Positions 19,198 to 29,264 of a stretch of 64,000 nt of DNA are shown here, one piece after another. The DNA comes from an uncultured virus (IMG/VR IMGVR_UViG_3300015371_000018) (taxonomy: Duplodnaviria > Heunggongvirae > Uroviricota > Caudoviricetes): IMG/VR virus record IMGVR_UViG_3300015371_000018. The stretch is one strand, 5' to 3'. Positions within the stretch are counted from its first letter, which is position 1. Every line of letters begins with the position of its first letter. Under the pieces are notes generated by a model that did no database searches, was not told where the DNA came from, and saw nothing but the letters and a program-made list of their open reading frames with translations. A program made the position numbers and the translations under genes.

Positions 19198-19379
19198 TAC
19201 GCCTTCTCGCCTTCACGGATATATACAACCTTCGGGCAACCATGAGGCAAATCGCAAGCTCGAACATTGCTTGAGCCGACTCCGCAGTAATGCCGTACTA
19301 AATCACCAATGTCTTGGCAGTGGATCATCACCAGGCGGTCAGGAGGAATTGGGCTAACTGTGTCTGGCTCTTCATCCAT
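19197..19379 (-). CDS. small Cys-containing hypothetical protein
   Basis: start reassigned to ATG 19379, overlapping the upstream small ORF stop. Confidence 0.5.
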   Translation of the reverse strand: MDEEPDTVSPIPPDRLVMIHCQDIGDLVRHYCGVGSSNVRACDLPHGCPKVVYIREGEKA

Positions 19380-19494
19380 CCCAATACCCATAGGCCTTAC
19401 ACAGTGGGCAGTAGTCATGGCGACCTACAAATACCCATCCGTGCAATGGACATTTAGTCCAATAGTTCAAGATCAAACTCCTGAACCAATTCAT
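19372..19494 (-). CDS. 40-aa zinc-finger-like microprotein (CPLH...CPLC)
   Basis: MNWFRSLILNYWTKCPLHGWVFVGRHDYCPLCKAYGYWDG; ATGA overlap with the upstream stop; absent from the ORF track. Confidence 0.55.
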   Translation of the reverse strand: MNWFRSLILNYWTKCPLHGWVFVGRHDYCPLCKAYGYWDG

Positions 19495-19703
19495 GAGAAA
19501 ACCCATTCAATTGTGTCAGTGCCAGCCTGTCTGACCGCTGGCAGTATTTCCTCGCCCATGCCGTAGACGAATGCGGCGAGCGTGAACACGACCAATGCGA
19601 ACAGCATTAAAACAAATACCGTGATGGTCGTGCCCACAATGCGGGAGGCGAGCGAAGTGCCCGCCTCCCTCTCCATCTCGTCTTTCTTCGGTGTGCCGTT
19701 CAT
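19491..19703 (-). CDS. small membrane protein
   Basis: single long hydrophobic segment. Confidence 0.65.
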   Translation of the reverse strand: MNGTPKKDEMEREAGTSLASRIVGTTITVFVLMLFALVVFTLAAFVYGMGEEILPAVRQAGTDTIEWVFS

Positions 19704-21194
19704 TTACTTAGAACGGCTGCGAGTCCTGCGTCCCTTGGGCTTTGCCGGTGCCGACTGAGCCTCAGCGTCATCCGCATCGACCTTGAATCCGCCCACACGG
19801 CTAATTGTCTCTATACGCCGCTTGAGCGTGTCCTTCACATCGCGCATGACAACGTACTGGTTGTATGCCTTTTTCTGCTGGCTGCGGAAGTAGACCACCC
19901 GGCCGTCAGTCTTGGCCGACGCCTTCTTAGTGGCCTCGCTACCATCGGCCTCAAGGAATGCGGCATTTTCATAATAGTCTGCCACTTCCTCATACCCGCT
20001 CGAAAGCGTGTACTGCTGAGCCCCAAGCCAAGCAGCCGTTCCATGCGCTGCTGTGTACTGAGCCATGAGATTAGACAATTCCCCGCGATCCTCTGCGGCG
20101 ATATCGTCAGGCATAGCCGGAAGCTCTTCCTGCTCATATTCGTCATCAGCAGGCTTCAGGCCAAGTTCCTCGGCCACGCCGATAGCGTGATCCTCGGAGA
20201 TTAATTCAGCGAAGTGCGGCGGGAGATTTTCCTCAAGCTCGTCGCCATCAATTTCCTCTGCATCAACCTTCTTAGCCTTCTTACCGCCACGCTTCTTAGC
20301 GGGCTTCTCTTCCGGCTCTTCCTCAGGCTCTTCCTCGCCCTCGGCCTCTGGCTCTTCACTTAATTCCTCAATGCGGTCATTGACACGCTTGAGAATGGTA
20401 GAGCGATTTTTGTGAGCCTCTTCGTATCCGGCGATGTACTCAAGCTCTTCGGCCGTGCGATCTTCGTCATCAATGACTTCCTTCAGATCCCCAACCTTGG
20501 CTTCGTCGTAGCCCTCATACGGCTCTTCATCAAATTCGCCTTCGGGCTCTTCCTCTTCGCCTTCCTCTTCAGACTCTTCGCCCTCTTCCTCGCCTTCAGG
20601 TTCTTCCTCTTCCTCACCCTCGAATTCCTCAAGGGCTCCCTCAAGCAGAGTGACGATGGACTTGCGAGGCTTGTCCTGCTCGTTCTCATATTCGAGCAGC
20701 GCGGTAATTTCCTCAAACGAAAGCTGCTCTTCTTCGTCTTCCTCTGCCAGAAGCTCAGTCAGAGTTTCCTTGGCATCCTTCAACTTCATTGACGACCAAT
20801 CTTCAATTATGTCGTCAACATCAAAGGCGACTTCCTCTTCCTCGTCGCCCTCTTCTTCCTCGTCACTTTCTTCAAATTCGAACTCAACTTCATGCTCCGA
20901 GAGAAGTTCTTCAAGCTCATCCTGATCAGGAGCTTCGCCGAAAGTAACTAATTCCGCGTCGTCGCCGTCTACTTCAACGCCACCAGCCGCGAGGATGGCA
21001 TTAATTTGTTCAACGACTTCCTCATCATCTGTGCCGCCTTGCAAACCCTCAATTCCAAAGGCGACTAATTTATGAGCCTCTTCCATCCGATCCTTCGGAG
21101 ACTCAGGAATGTCATCATCAAATACATCAAATGCGATTCCGAGTGCCAGAATTGCCTGGGCATTTACATCGGAAATCTTGAGACTGTCAAGCAA
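19704..21194 (-). CDS. highly acidic protein with two YE..R..I helical repeats and a C-terminal UvsY-like coiled domain
   Basis: GGAGG RBS, TTG start; long Glu/Asp tracts; C-terminal helical region resembles recombination mediators found near RecA. Confidence 0.7.
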   Translation of the reverse strand: MLDSLKISDVNAQAILALGIAFDVFDDDIPESPKDRMEEAHKLVAFGIEGLQGGTDDEEVVEQINAILAAGGVEVDGDDAELVTFGEAPDQDELEELLSEHEVEFEFEESDEEEEGDEEEEVAFDVDDIIEDWSSMKLKDAKETLTELLAEEDEEEQLSFEEITALLEYENEQDKPRKSIVTLLEGALEEFEGEEEEEPEGEEEGEESEEEGEEEEPEGEFDEEPYEGYDEAKVGDLKEVIDDEDRTAEELEYIAGYEEAHKNRSTILKRVNDRIEELSEEPEAEGEEEPEEEPEEKPAKKRGGKKAKKVDAEEIDGDELEENLPPHFAELISEDHAIGVAEELGLKPADDEYEQEELPAMPDDIAAEDRGELSNLMAQYTAAHGTAAWLGAQQYTLSSGYEEVADYYENAAFLEADGSEATKKASAKTDGRVVYFRSQQKKAYNQYVVMRDVKDTLKRRIETISRVGGFKVDADDAEAQSAPAKPKGRRTRSRSK

Positions 21195-21232
21195 GAGGTA
21201 CCTCCATTCGTACCGGGTTTAGCCTGAGCGCG

Positions 21233-21261
21233 ATCATAGCACGGTTCTCAGGCCGCGTCTA
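21233..21261 (-). promoter_or_regulatory. sigma70-like promoter (TAGACG-17-TATGAT, extended TG)
   Basis: TGCTATGAT at 21241-21233 in an intergenic gap. Confidence 0.65.
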
Positions 21262-22342
21262 GTAGCCCCCAGCGCCGTAGAACGCGCTCGCGGGCCTGTT
21301 CGTAGCTGTAGTCCTTTCGAACCTTTTGACCGTGAAAAATTGCGTGACTATCCTCTAGATTAATTAATTTACCGCTTTCTAGAGCATCGTTATGGTCTTC
21401 TTGGCAGACCTTTTTCATGTCGCAATACTGGCAAGGGAATTCCGGCTTAGACCACTGCCAATTAAATGGGTGGGACCAGCGTTTCTTTTGGAAATTGGTC
21501 TGCGGAAGGGTGCTGTTGAGGAAGTGTTCCTTCCAGCCTTGAAGGATTTCCCGCCCCTCTTGAATAAAAGCCTCGTCATATTCGTAGTACCACTCAAAGG
21601 TTTTCTTGGGATCATCGAAACTGACGTAGTACAGCGAGCCAGAATAGGGACGCTCTAGCTCTTCCTCGACCACGCATTCTGGATTCTGTCCATGCTGCGG
21701 GCAAACTTCAATCCGCTCATCACCATTTATCAATTCAAAGATGAGTCGCCTGCTATTGAAGCAACGCTTGACCTTCCGCCAAGGATGCTCTTCATGGGCA
21801 AAAGCAATATAAACTTTTAACTGAGCTACATGCCGTGGAGTGGCTTGACGAATCAGATTCCGCATTTCATCAACTGTATTATCGCGGACACATTTAACAT
21901 CTACTACGTGCGGCGAGGTTTCTCGCGGTTTGATGATGACTCCATCCGGCGAACCGGTAAGCCAGGAGTCGGAGTCTTCGAAACGATATTGCGTTGGCGC
22001 TTCAGGGGGAGGTGTGAGTAGAAAGCCAGCCCGATGCCAGCGGCGAACAATTTGATCCTCCATGTCTTTGCCCATGTCCATGAATTGCCGTGAGCGGCGG
22101 CTGAACTGGAATTGTTTAGGAACGTCCATCAATGAATAAATAGCTGCGCGGCCACAAGCGGTATTCTCGCCACCAGGGAAGCTCGACGCATGAAAGGACA
22201 CATGCCAAGGCTCGCCGTGAGGATCATCGCCGCCAGCTTCCCATAACTGCTGCTCAAGCATTTTATAGGCAGCTTCGGTTACCTCATCTACCTGCTGCAT
22301 CACGCCAAAGCGTGCAAACATTTCGCTTCTCGTGATTCCCAT
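21248..22342 (-). CDS. Cas4-like / PD-(D/E)XK exonuclease
   Basis: HASS..CGR, GSPDG, VVDVK, QLKVY and CQYC..KKVC Fe-S cysteines. Confidence 0.8.
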   Translation of the reverse strand: MGITRSEMFARFGVMQQVDEVTEAAYKMLEQQLWEAGGDDPHGEPWHVSFHASSFPGGENTACGRAAIYSLMDVPKQFQFSRRSRQFMDMGKDMEDQIVRRWHRAGFLLTPPPEAPTQYRFEDSDSWLTGSPDGVIIKPRETSPHVVDVKCVRDNTVDEMRNLIRQATPRHVAQLKVYIAFAHEEHPWRKVKRCFNSRRLIFELINGDERIEVCPQHGQNPECVVEEELERPYSGSLYYVSFDDPKKTFEWYYEYDEAFIQEGREILQGWKEHFLNSTLPQTNFQKKRWSHPFNWQWSKPEFPCQYCDMKKVCQEDHNDALESGKLINLEDSHAIFHGQKVRKDYSYEQARERVLRRWGLLDAA

Positions 22343-22551
22343 TACAGAACTTCTAACTTGTGAGGGATCTTCTTGAAGAAATAAAGCATCACGCCTTGAG
22401 CATTACGCACGTGCAGGTGTTTCTTGTCTTCAAATACGACCTTGCCTACGTGCTCGCTCTCGCCATAGGAGTGCTGCCATGTAACTCGCACGCGCTTCTT
22501 TTTCTTAAAGAAGGGGTTGTTGGCTTTCTCAAGGAATGGATTGGTCACCAA
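22342..22551 (-). CDS. small protein with two NPF motifs and an SH3/Sm-like beta region
   Basis: MVTNPFLEKANNPFFKKKKR...; coupled to neighbours. Confidence 0.6.
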   Translation of the reverse strand: MVTNPFLEKANNPFFKKKKRVRVTWQHSYGESEHVGKVVFEDKKHLHVRNAQGVMLYFFKKIPHKLEVL

Positions 22552-22769
22552 TGCCTACCTTTGCACCAACGTACATATTCACCGTCTGTAATTGAAATAT
22601 GTTTAGTACACATATCCCTATAGTCTTCGCGCTCACAATGAGGGTTGCCCCAATCACAACCGGGTTCAAAGAGATTGCCATCAAAATTCTTCAACGGTAA
22701 ATTAGTAGCTGTAAGAATAACTAGAACAGCTAATAAACCTACTATTGGGACTAGCAATCTAAGCATCAC
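22545..22769 (-). CDS. small membrane/secreted Cys-containing protein
   Basis: N-terminal TM, four Cys. Confidence 0.55.
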   Translation of the reverse strand: MMLRLLVPIVGLLAVLVILTATNLPLKNFDGNLFEPGCDWGNPHCEREDYRDMCTKHISITDGEYVRWCKGRHW

Positions 22770-23983
22770 ATATCTCGATACATGCGCGTGAGGATTCGAT
22801 CCTGCAAATCTTCATCTTCTGCCAGTGCTACACGCATAGCTGATTCGCCTTTGTACTTCTCGCCGGTCTGATCAAAATCTTCATCAAGGACGTAATGCAT
22901 TCCACCACCGCCCTTCTCGATTATGTCAAAGTGAAGACCTATTTCAAGTAATTCCCAGACATGATCAAAACCAATTGGGAATCTAACCTCACCGGTCCTG
23001 TGATCCATCACTGGAAATGCGAAACGCATCTTGGCATTGCGCCACGGTCGCCCGGTTGAATTTTTTACGATCTTGCAACTCATCTGTACTCCGTGTGGCT
23101 CTTTGCCGTCGGTACCTAATGAGCGGATATCAGGATCGGCTTTTTCCCAATCGTCTGTGAGGTTTCCGTTCTTATCCCGATACAGGCGCTTGGCAGCTTC
23201 ATACTCAATTGCTACGGACGCCTGATGGCGCAGAGCGCGGATGCCCGGAGGCGCTGTCGCCGGTCCCTTGTTTCGAGCTTGACCAAGCTGGCTCCGAAGC
23301 TGATCTACCATAATTAATACGTTCTCGTTACGGTCGCGGTCCTTGAGCGCCTGCTTGAGCCATTTAGTCCAAGCTTGTGGGCCAGCGCCTTGAGTATATT
23401 CGCCAGGTTTGATGCCAGCTTCCATCACCGCTTGCGTAGCTGAGGCACTATCGACTATCTGGATATGGAATGAATTCCAGCCATCGTGAATGCCCGCACA
23501 AATTTCCTCAATGATCGTGTGATTCGATAGCTCGATCTGCTTAGCATCGATACCGATCGCTTCAGCAAAATGGGGATCGAATCTGCCCTCGGTATCCCAC
23601 ATCATTACTGAAAGCTGTTCGGGGTATCTATCGAGCAGCTTCTTAAGTTCGGCCTTCTTATTCTTCGCCTTGAACTTATTATTTCCTTCAACTGCTTTGA
23701 TCTGATATTCGTACTGCTCTTCAAGTACCTCGTGGTAATGCTGAGCTACCCAAATTAATCCAAGGTTTGTGAGGCTCTTGCCTGAGTGCTCTGGCCCATA
23801 CCAGCGGCAGACATGCCCCCACGGGATTCCTCCTGTAGTCGCCCAAGTGAGCATCGGGGACATAAACGGCAGCTTGATCGGCGGCAGAGCAATTAATTCA
23901 GCGCCACGGATGACGCTCTCTGGCCCAAGCGACCTTTGCATTTTGGCAAGGAAATCATCCTTGCGGCTAGGATCTACCGGCAA
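22766..23983 (-). CDS. recA: RecA/UvsX-like recombinase
   Basis: GGIPWG..YGPEHSGKS Walker A, DTEGRFD, IVDS, DQLR and KNS motifs; helical insertion after the P-loop. Confidence 0.9.
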   Translation of the reverse strand: MPVDPSRKDDFLAKMQRSLGPESVIRGAELIALPPIKLPFMSPMLTWATTGGIPWGHVCRWYGPEHSGKSLTNLGLIWVAQHYHEVLEEQYEYQIKAVEGNNKFKAKNKKAELKKLLDRYPEQLSVMMWDTEGRFDPHFAEAIGIDAKQIELSNHTIIEEICAGIHDGWNSFHIQIVDSASATQAVMEAGIKPGEYTQGAGPQAWTKWLKQALKDRDRNENVLIMVDQLRSQLGQARNKGPATAPPGIRALRHQASVAIEYEAAKRLYRDKNGNLTDDWEKADPDIRSLGTDGKEPHGVQMSCKIVKNSTGRPWRNAKMRFAFPVMDHRTGEVRFPIGFDHVWELLEIGLHFDIIEKGGGGMHYVLDEDFDQTGEKYKGESAMRVALAEDEDLQDRILTRMYRDM

Positions 23984-23994
23984 CTTATTCCTTT

Positions 23995-24708
23995 CTAAAG
24001 TCCAGGGAGATGGCGGAACTTAAATTGTGCGTATCCGCGCTCACCATCTCTCAAACGAGCACCACTTTCGCCATCACCCCACGGCGATGTGTCAAAGCGA
24101 TAATAGTCGCCCTTGTTAGGCAAGTTATAGAATTCAATAAATACATGCCCGCTGTGCCAACAAACAGTGAACCAATCACCCTTGCCCTCTTGGCCCCAGC
24201 CACCGAACATGCCGGATACCCAAGCGATAGGAAAACTGAACATGCCTGCACGCTTGAGCGCGAGTGAGGTAGATGATGAGCAATCCATATTGGCATTGGA
24301 CCGCATTAATCTAAGCAGTGGCCCATGTCCACCGCCGTATACATAACGTGGCCGCGCATCAGAAATTTTGCTACAGACACGGAATAACTTCATCGCTATA
24401 CCACGAGCCGTATTGTTGCGTCGCCGCCTACGCCTGACTCTGCCACGGATCAATTGCCCACGAGTATTTAGATGAGCCGCATTAGGATGATCTAGTCGGC
24501 GTAGGAAATGACTATCGAAATCGCCAGTCTGATCCTTCTCGATATCACCTAAATAAAAATGAGCTTTCTTGATGCGATGACGTATATCCTGCTTGGTCGC
24601 ATTCTTAGCTAGCGGCTCAACTTCAAGCTCCATCTCTCTAAAGAAATTACCTAGCGCCTGTTTAACTTTACGGCGCGCGTGCATAGTTTCTAAGCTGCCT
24701 TCAGCCAT
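23995..24708 (-). CDS. NlpC/P60-family cell-wall peptidase (start may be 24684)
   Basis: YVYGGGH, DCSSS, GHVF, RFDTS and C-terminal RHLPGL. Confidence 0.8.
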   Translation of the reverse strand: MAEGSLETMHARRKVKQALGNFFREMELEVEPLAKNATKQDIRHRIKKAHFYLGDIEKDQTGDFDSHFLRRLDHPNAAHLNTRGQLIRGRVRRRRRRNNTARGIAMKLFRVCSKISDARPRYVYGGGHGPLLRLMRSNANMDCSSSTSLALKRAGMFSFPIAWVSGMFGGWGQEGKGDWFTVCWHSGHVFIEFYNLPNKGDYYRFDTSPWGDGESGARLRDGERGYAQFKFRHLPGL

Positions 24709-27700
24709 GGGTTAGTCCCCGCCTTCTTCCGCGTTGTTTTCTTAAGACTTGCCTTCGTCTTCCGCCGCTGTTCGCCCACTGCAATTGTCTCAACATCATC
24801 TATGTGCTGAGCTACAATCTGATTGCGATTGTCCTTAAAGCCTGCCACCAAGATCACTGATGCGTCTTTAATCTTGTGCTTGTTCTCGGCCCATGCCTTC
24901 GGGAATATCGTGATCGCATATTGATCTGCTCCGAAGGCAAGATCAACAAAAGCCATTTCCTTCTTTTGCTTCTTAGTGACAATAGGCTTGACCGCCAATA
25001 TCTCGCCGCCCACCACGATATTTGCTGCCTCGCATTCATCACAGTCGCACCAGGGTTTGTGATCCTCAGGCTTGTGCGGCAGATCCTCTATCTCTGCTGT
25101 AGAGAAAATACGATCTTCAATGAATTCCTGATAGCGATGCACCACAGTCTCACGCGACACAACATTACCGAGCACTTCTTTTTCCATCTCAAGGATTTCG
25201 TTCTGAGAAGGCTCGATCAATTCCTGCTCAGGCGGTTCCTTGTCCTTCATGTAGTGGAACTTAATGTGCTCCGCATAGGTGTAGTACGGATCGACTTCAA
25301 TCATTTCCTTAATCTCAGTCGAATCGTGCTTCTCACAAATGGCAGGTTTCTTCCATTCCTCTGGCTCGCCCGTCCGCATCTTCTTACACCCGCACGCCAT
25401 CACCACGTTGTATTTGTTCTTTGCCCAGCGCCGAGTCTTGGCTAGTAACGCTTCCCGATCTTCTCCAAGGGAATCGAATGCGCCAGCTTTAACAAGTGCG
25501 GCGGCATTATCGGCTCCGAAGTTGCTTGGGGTACGCCTAGCAAAATCATCAAATGAAGAGACTGGACGTACCTCTTTGACTTGATCAACTGTCAATCCTC
25601 CTAAGCCCTTGACGCTGACTAGTCCATAACGCAGCCGGTCGCCATCGATAATGAATCCGCGCTCGCTGGCATTTACATCGGGCGGATCAATCTTTACGTC
25701 GAATAATTCTGCTTCGCGGAAGATCCCTCGCTTCCATTCGGCATCCTCTTCGGCTTTTGCTTTTCGTTCGATGGTAAGAGTGGCCGCATAAAACGCAAGG
25801 GGATAATTAACTTTGAGCCACATATCCTGATATGCCTGCAAGGCGTAGCTGGCGCTGTGGGATTTGTTGAATCCGTATCCGGCGAATTCAAGGATGGCAT
25901 CCCAGATAACCCCGGCAGCGGTTTCGTCCAAGCCATTTGATTCACACCCCTCTAACCATTGATCCTTGAAGCCCTGCATGAATGCTCGTGCCTGGTCACC
26001 AGGGAGCCGGTAGAGCTTCGAGATTGCCTTACGCATTGAGTCTGCTTGCCCACCCGTGAAATTACCGATGACCTTAGTAATTTCCATAACCTGCTCTTGG
26101 AAGGCAATCAGGCCACAGGTTTCTTTTAAGATGGGCTCGACGGCATCGTGCCAATACCAATCGGCCTCGGGTATCTTCCCGTTCTTTCGATCCCCATATT
26201 CAAATGCAATTTTAATAGGGCCAGGCCGATAAAGGGCATTAGCAACGGCAATGTCGATGGTGCTGTCTGGTTTGATGTGGCGCAGGAGATTTGTGATCCC
26301 TCGCCCGGAGAACTGGAAGACACCTAGAGTCAATCCTTGAGTAAATGCGTCTAGCGCTTTTTGATCTGCGTTGTATGGATCGCGCAGAGCCGGTAGATCA
26401 TTCGGTTCAACTATGTCGCCATAGTGATCAGCAATTAAATCTACGCATAGTTGCTGCTTCGCTAATCCCTTGACACCGAGTACGTCAATCTTTACAAATC
26501 CGTAATCACTGATAATTTGGAAATCGGCACGATCCGCCCATGCTGTGACTGTTGTAATCTCATCATTTCCGATCTGAGTAGGCATATACTCATTTGTTGG
26601 CCGGGGGGTAATGAGCACGCCGCCTGCATGTCGGGTATCTCGGAGTATTTGATCTTCGAGCCGTAAGCACTGTTCCCATACGTAGGGGTGTTCTGTCTTG
26701 AGTTTACGAACCAATCCATTTTCTGCTGCAATCTTTTCAAGATCGCGCTCTGTATCTCCGATTGAATCTGTGACTTTTTTGATGAATCCATAAGGAAGAT
26801 CCTGTGTAGCTGCAACCTCTTTGATTGTCACGCGCGGAGCGAAGGTCTGATAGGCAATGATATCCGCTACGTGATCGTCACCATACTTGGCCTTGAGATA
26901 TTCCTTGACCATCTCGCGGCCGTCCACCATTTTGCCGTCGAGAGTTTCGAAATCATTTAAGTCAGTCTCGAAGTCAAGATCAATATCCGGCATCCCGACA
27001 CGATCAGGATTCAGAAACCTCTCAAACAACAGACCCCAGGCAATTGGATCAATTGCGGTGATGCCGATGAGATACGAGATAAGACACCCTGCCGCAGAAC
27101 CTCTTCCAAGACCCACCCGGATAGGCCGCTTACGCTTGTCAGAACCGGGTAACGCATCTCTGCTCTTTGCCCAGCGGACCATATCTCCGACCAAGATGAA
27201 ATAGTCCAACACACCTTTGTCTCGGAGCACTTTGAATTCATAGTTGTATCGGTCACGATATTCCTGCCAATTCTTTGGCTTGCCCGTTGGGTATTGACTC
27301 TCTTTGCACCAACGCTTGACGATACGCTCTGCATCTAGTGAAGTCTTAGCTACCTTGGGCAGCTTAGTGGCATTACTGATAACAAAATGCTTGACTGAGC
27401 GAGCCAACACTTCAGTATTTGCTATCGCCTCATCGACAATATCCTCATCGATATCCTCGTGGTACTCAGCAAACTGCTCGCGGAACTCGTCTTCCGGGCT
27501 TAAGTAAATGGTGTCGATCCGCTCTCCGTATACGTCTTCGCCAGCCTCTTGCTTTTTGGCGCGCTTGGAGAGCGTCTGTTTTGTGCTGACCATCTTGAGC
27601 ACAAGCGCCGTATCTTCCCACTCTTGATACGGAATATGCACATCACCTGTTGCGACGACGCCAAAGCCATGCTCCTGAGATAAGTTTATTACGCCTTCAT

Positions 27701-28313
27701 TTATTGAACGCTGCTCATCTAGGTCGTGAGGCATTATCTCGCCCCAAAAGCGATCACCTAGAAGGTTCTGCATGCGTGAGCAATACTCATCTGCGCCTGA
27801 TTGATCACCGGCCAGGATTAATTGAGAAAGTGGACTAGCGAAACAGCCAGAACAAACAATTAAATCCTCGTGGTCTGCCTCTAGCATTTCCCAATCGATG
27901 CAGGGTTTGCCCTTGAAGCCGCCCTTGCGGTCGATAGGAATCCACGCCTTGCTCGATAGACGCATCAATGTCCGCCAACCACGGAGACTGCCAGCGATCA
28001 GAGTTAAATGATTTGCACTGCTGTAACTCTTCTGTTCCTGAAAGCGGTTATCGCGCCAGTACGCTTCCATCCCGAGCAGCGGTATTAACTTTTCGTCTTT
28101 ACCGCGCTTCTTAGTCGGGTCGTCTGGATCGTCAAACTTATCAGGATTCTGACAAACGTAGACATGATCCAATACGCCGCCCAATCTACCATGGTCGGTA
28201 ATAGCCATAAATTCTTGCTCGAATTTATAGCCTTGCTTGGTATATTGATTAGCGTTGCCGGTCCCATCAATGGATGAAAATTCCGAGTGTTTATGAAGGT
28301 GAGCTAGACCCAT
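24690..28313 (-). CDS. dnaE: DNA polymerase III alpha subunit
   Basis: PHP HLHKHSEFS/TDHG, GRGSAAG, MPDIDLDF, FVKIDVLG, GFNKSHS, C-terminal OB fold. Confidence 0.97.
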   Translation of the reverse strand: MGLAHLHKHSEFSSIDGTGNANQYTKQGYKFEQEFMAITDHGRLGGVLDHVYVCQNPDKFDDPDDPTKKRGKDEKLIPLLGMEAYWRDNRFQEQKSYSSANHLTLIAGSLRGWRTLMRLSSKAWIPIDRKGGFKGKPCIDWEMLEADHEDLIVCSGCFASPLSQLILAGDQSGADEYCSRMQNLLGDRFWGEIMPHDLDEQRSINEGVINLSQEHGFGVVATGDVHIPYQEWEDTALVLKMVSTKQTLSKRAKKQEAGEDVYGERIDTIYLSPEDEFREQFAEYHEDIDEDIVDEAIANTEVLARSVKHFVISNATKLPKVAKTSLDAERIVKRWCKESQYPTGKPKNWQEYRDRYNYEFKVLRDKGVLDYFILVGDMVRWAKSRDALPGSDKRKRPIRVGLGRGSAAGCLISYLIGITAIDPIAWGLLFERFLNPDRVGMPDIDLDFETDLNDFETLDGKMVDGREMVKEYLKAKYGDDHVADIIAYQTFAPRVTIKEVAATQDLPYGFIKKVTDSIGDTERDLEKIAAENGLVRKLKTEHPYVWEQCLRLEDQILRDTRHAGGVLITPRPTNEYMPTQIGNDEITTVTAWADRADFQIISDYGFVKIDVLGVKGLAKQQLCVDLIADHYGDIVEPNDLPALRDPYNADQKALDAFTQGLTLGVFQFSGRGITNLLRHIKPDSTIDIAVANALYRPGPIKIAFEYGDRKNGKIPEADWYWHDAVEPILKETCGLIAFQEQVMEITKVIGNFTGGQADSMRKAISKLYRLPGDQARAFMQGFKDQWLEGCESNGLDETAAGVIWDAILEFAGYGFNKSHSASYALQAYQDMWLKVNYPLAFYAATLTIERKAKAEEDAEWKRGIFREAELFDVKIDPPDVNASERGFIIDGDRLRYGLVSVKGLGGLTVDQVKEVRPVSSFDDFARRTPSNFGADNAAALVKAGAFDSLGEDREALLAKTRRWAKNKYNVVMACGCKKMRTGEPEEWKKPAICEKHDSTEIKEMIEVDPYYTYAEHIKFHYMKDKEPPEQELIEPSQNEILEMEKEVLGNVVSRETVVHRYQEFIEDRIFSTAEIEDLPHKPEDHKPWCDCDECEAANIVVGGEILAVKPIVTKKQKKEMAFVDLAFGADQYAITIFPKAWAENKHKIKDASVILVAGFKDNRNQIVAQHIDDVETIAVGEQRRKTKASLKKTTRKKAGTNPWLKAA

Positions 28314-28534
28314 TAAACTAACTGCAAATCATGTGTGCGGAAACCTCGCTCGTGGCCATCCTTGAACCTCAAGCGAGCATGGCGATGGCCAAAGAGTGTC
28401 TCGCTAGTGCTGATGCAATTACCTACTTTTCCTTTATCCCATTCATGGAGAACCCTGTACCACTGACCTACCTCGCACTCTGGCCAGGTACCAGGCGTCG
28501 GCAATTTTTCTTCATATGCTTTCTCGTCGCTCAT
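28313..28534 (-). CDS. small SH3/KOW-like protein
   Basis: VGQWYRV...GKVG beta-barrel pattern; coupled to neighbours. Confidence 0.6.
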   Translation of the reverse strand: MSDEKAYEEKLPTPGTWPECEVGQWYRVLHEWDKGKVGNCISTSETLFGHRHARLRFKDGHERGFRTHDLQLV

Positions 28535-28803
28535 ACTCCGATATCCACTGGATCGAGATTCAGAACAGACCCTATTTTAATGGCATTGTCAATCGTAAGT
28601 GATTTAGCAAATGCCTTCCTGCTGTTGTAGGAATTGTAATACGGAGCTAAGCCTAGAACTCTCTGTACGCGCTGAGTATCTGGCTTCCTCTTTGGTCCTT
28701 TGCGCCAGTCAATCGCAATAGCTAAATCATAAGCTCTCATACCGCTGTTCTCGAATGCCTCGCGCAAAGGCGCATTGCTAACTAATTCTTCTTGCTTGGG
28801 CAT
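28531..28803 (-). CDS. HTH DNA-binding protein (XRE-like)
   Basis: SGMRAYDLA...VQRVLG...IDNAIKIG.VLNLDP. Confidence 0.6.
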   Translation of the reverse strand: MPKQEELVSNAPLREAFENSGMRAYDLAIAIDWRKGPKRKPDTQRVQRVLGLAPYYNSYNSRKAFAKSLTIDNAIKIGSVLNLDPVDIGV

Positions 28804-29189
28804 TAGTTGTTCTCAGAGAGTGGTGTCAATGGAGTAAACTCGCGGGTCACCTCTTCTGCTCCTGTGATGCGTTCTTCTTCAACTTCAATGGTGCCATCTT
28901 CAATTAAACCAAGCAGAAGGAAACAATAAAGAATCACATCTTGGATTCGTCCCTCAATCGGCTCACTGTGAACCTGGCCTTCACGGATAAAACTCTGGAT
29001 CGCCTTCCAGTGTTTTGATGTATAAACGCCCCAAGCCTGTTCGGGGGTAATACCATGTTCCTTAGCCACTTCTTTGAAGTTAGCAAGAGCGTCTTCATCA
29101 CCGGCATATTCATGGCCTTTAGTTTTATTCAGGCCCATAATATCCTGATAGTGGCCTTCAACAAAATCTTCAAACTCGTTACGATCCAT
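28803..29189 (-). CDS. DUF1599/Nmad1-like protein (MazG-fold, nucleotide-modification-associated)
   Basis: KGHEYA..DALANF...KH...EPIEGRIQDVILY pattern. Confidence 0.7.
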   Translation of the reverse strand: MDRNEFEDFVEGHYQDIMGLNKTKGHEYAGDEDALANFKEVAKEHGITPEQAWGVYTSKHWKAIQSFIREGQVHSEPIEGRIQDVILYCFLLLGLIEDGTIEVEEERITGAEEVTREFTPLTPLSENN

Positions 29190-29213
29190 AAAAACCTCCT
29201 TTGAAAGTAGAAC

Positions 29214-29237
29214 GGGGACCGGCCGAAACCGATCCCC
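29214..29237 (-). terminator. GC-rich hairpin, terminator-like
   Basis: GGGGATCGG-TTTCGG-CCGGTCCCC followed by GTTCTACTTT. Confidence 0.6.
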
Positions 29238-29264
29238 ATCCTTCCTCGGGCACGAGTTTATTTA

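Noticed and set aside
21248..22342. Cas4-like gene as evidence of a CRISPR system
   Set aside because: No repeat-spacer array or other cas genes were seen; solo Cas4-like nucleases are common in phage recombination modules.
14751..28313. Inteins or introns in TerL, RecA or DnaE insertions
   Set aside because: The insertions are short and lack intein terminal (C…HN) or LAGLIDADG motifs; reading frames are uninterrupted.
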